A DNA stretch of 64,000 nt, taken from contig OY969695.1 in the NCBI GenBank assembly GCA_963701965.1, positions 3,936,001 through 4,000,000 on the forward strand, given 5' to 3'. The position numbers and the translations under genes are program-made. Shown here one piece after another: positions 63,108-64,000 of this stretch (the first letter of the stretch is position 1; the number at the start of each line of letters is the position of its first letter). This stretch comes from an uncultured Gemmatimonadales bacterium (GTDB lineage: Bacteria > Gemmatimonadota > Gemmatimonadetes > Gemmatimonadales > Gemmatimonadaceae). The notes under the pieces are model-generated. The model did not search any database. It was not told where the DNA came from and worked only from the letters and a program-made list of their open reading frames with translations.

Positions 63108-64000
63108 ATGGCGCTCTTTGGCCGCAAGAAAACCACGATCGGACTCGATATCGGATCCGGCCTCGTCAAAGTCGCGGTCATCGAGCACGGGCGCCAGCCC
63201 GAGCTGACGAAGGTCGCCATCGTGCCGCTGTCCGCCGACGCGATCGTCAATGGCGAGGTGATGGATCCGACGATCGTCGCCGATGCGATCCGGCAGACGC
63301 TGGAGCTCGCCGGGATCAAGAAAGCCAAACACGTCGTCACGGCCGTCGGTGGCCGCGACGTGATCATCAAGAAGATTCAGATCGAACGCGTCAAGGAATC
63401 GCAAGCGCGCGAGCTGATGCGCTGGGAAGCCGAGCAGCACGTGCCCTTCGACATGGAGTCGGTGGAGCTGGATTTCCAGATCCTCGATCCGGACGCCGAG
63501 GGCCTGGAGATGACGGTGTTGCTGGTGGCGGCCAAGCGCGAGCTCGTGGAAGCGCGGCTGCGCGTGCTGACCGATGCCGGTCTCTCGCCCATGACCGTCG
63601 ATGTCGAAGCGTTCGCGCTCCACAACGCGTTCGAGGTGAACCACCCCGACGCCATGACCGGTATCGTGGCCCTGGTCAACCTGGGACACGAAGTCACCAA
63701 CATCAATATCCTCGACGATGGCGTGCCGATTCTCACCCGCGATGTCGCGGTGGGCACCCGGCGCCTGCGCGAGGATCTGCAGCGGGAGCGCGGCCTGTCG
63801 CAGGAAGAGGCCGAAGCGCTGCTGCAAGGGTTCGATCGGTCGCCGCATCTCGACGCGGTGATCGAGTCGCGCGGTGAGGAGATCGCCGTCGGGATCGAGC
63901 GCGCCGCCGCGTTCCTGGCGTCGGCCTCGCGGTCCGCCGGACAGCTCCGCGCCGTGTTCACGTGCGGCGGCGGGGCCCGGATCCCGGGGCTCACTGAAGC
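63108..64000 (+). CDS. pilM: Type IV pilus assembly protein PilM (partial; absent from the ORF track because no stop lies in the window)
   Basis: Manual translation: MALFGRKKTTIGLDIGSGLVK..., WEAEQHVPFD, VLLVAAK, DVEAFAL.NA, CGGGARIPGL. Confidence 0.93.
   Translation, partial: MALFGRKKTTIGLDIGSGLVKVAVIEHGRQPELTKVAIVPLSADAIVNGEVMDPTIVADAIRQTLELAGIKKAKHVVTAVGGRDVIIKKIQIERVKESQARELMRWEAEQHVPFDMESVELDFQILDPDAEGLEMTVLLVAAKRELVEARLRVLTDAGLSPMTVDVEAFALHNAFEVNHPDAMTGIVALVNLGHEVTNINILDDGVPILTRDVAVGTRRLREDLQRERGLSQEEAEALLQGFDRSPHLDAVIESRGEEIAVGIERAAAFLASASRSAGQLRAVFTCGGGARIPGLTE

Overview
High-GC bacterial chromosomal segment. Gene content and synteny suggest Gemmatimonadota, but that is an inference. 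In order: the 5' end of a probable acetyl-CoA synthetase; a ccmABCD-cobA/hemD-hemC-hemB heme operon followed by an aldo/keto reductase and a D-aminoacylase-like gene; a GntR-linked GNAT / OSBS-NSAR / S9-peptidase operon; a six-gene biosynthetic operon (DUF92, FAD oxidoreductase, flavin reductase, methyltransferase, SRPBCC cyclase, FabF-like KS); envelope and respiratory genes (ctaA/ctaB, MsbA-like ABC, mlaE/D, lptF/G); pilB-pilT-pilC; a hipBA module with four operator-like repeats; gcvT-gcvP; a GT4/deacetylase/flippase/GT4 cluster; and pilS-pilR, three TMTC-like GT-C glycosyltransferases plus a GT2, a Ser/Thr-rich major pilin and pilM. The best candidate for an undescribed system is the TMTC-type pilin O-glycosylation locus (56402-62935). 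The KS/cyclase operon lacking ACP and CLF comes second. Nine single-base frameshifts, eight of them in the first 15 kb, are most likely sequencing or assembly indels. I saw no rRNA, tRNA, CRISPR array or transposase.
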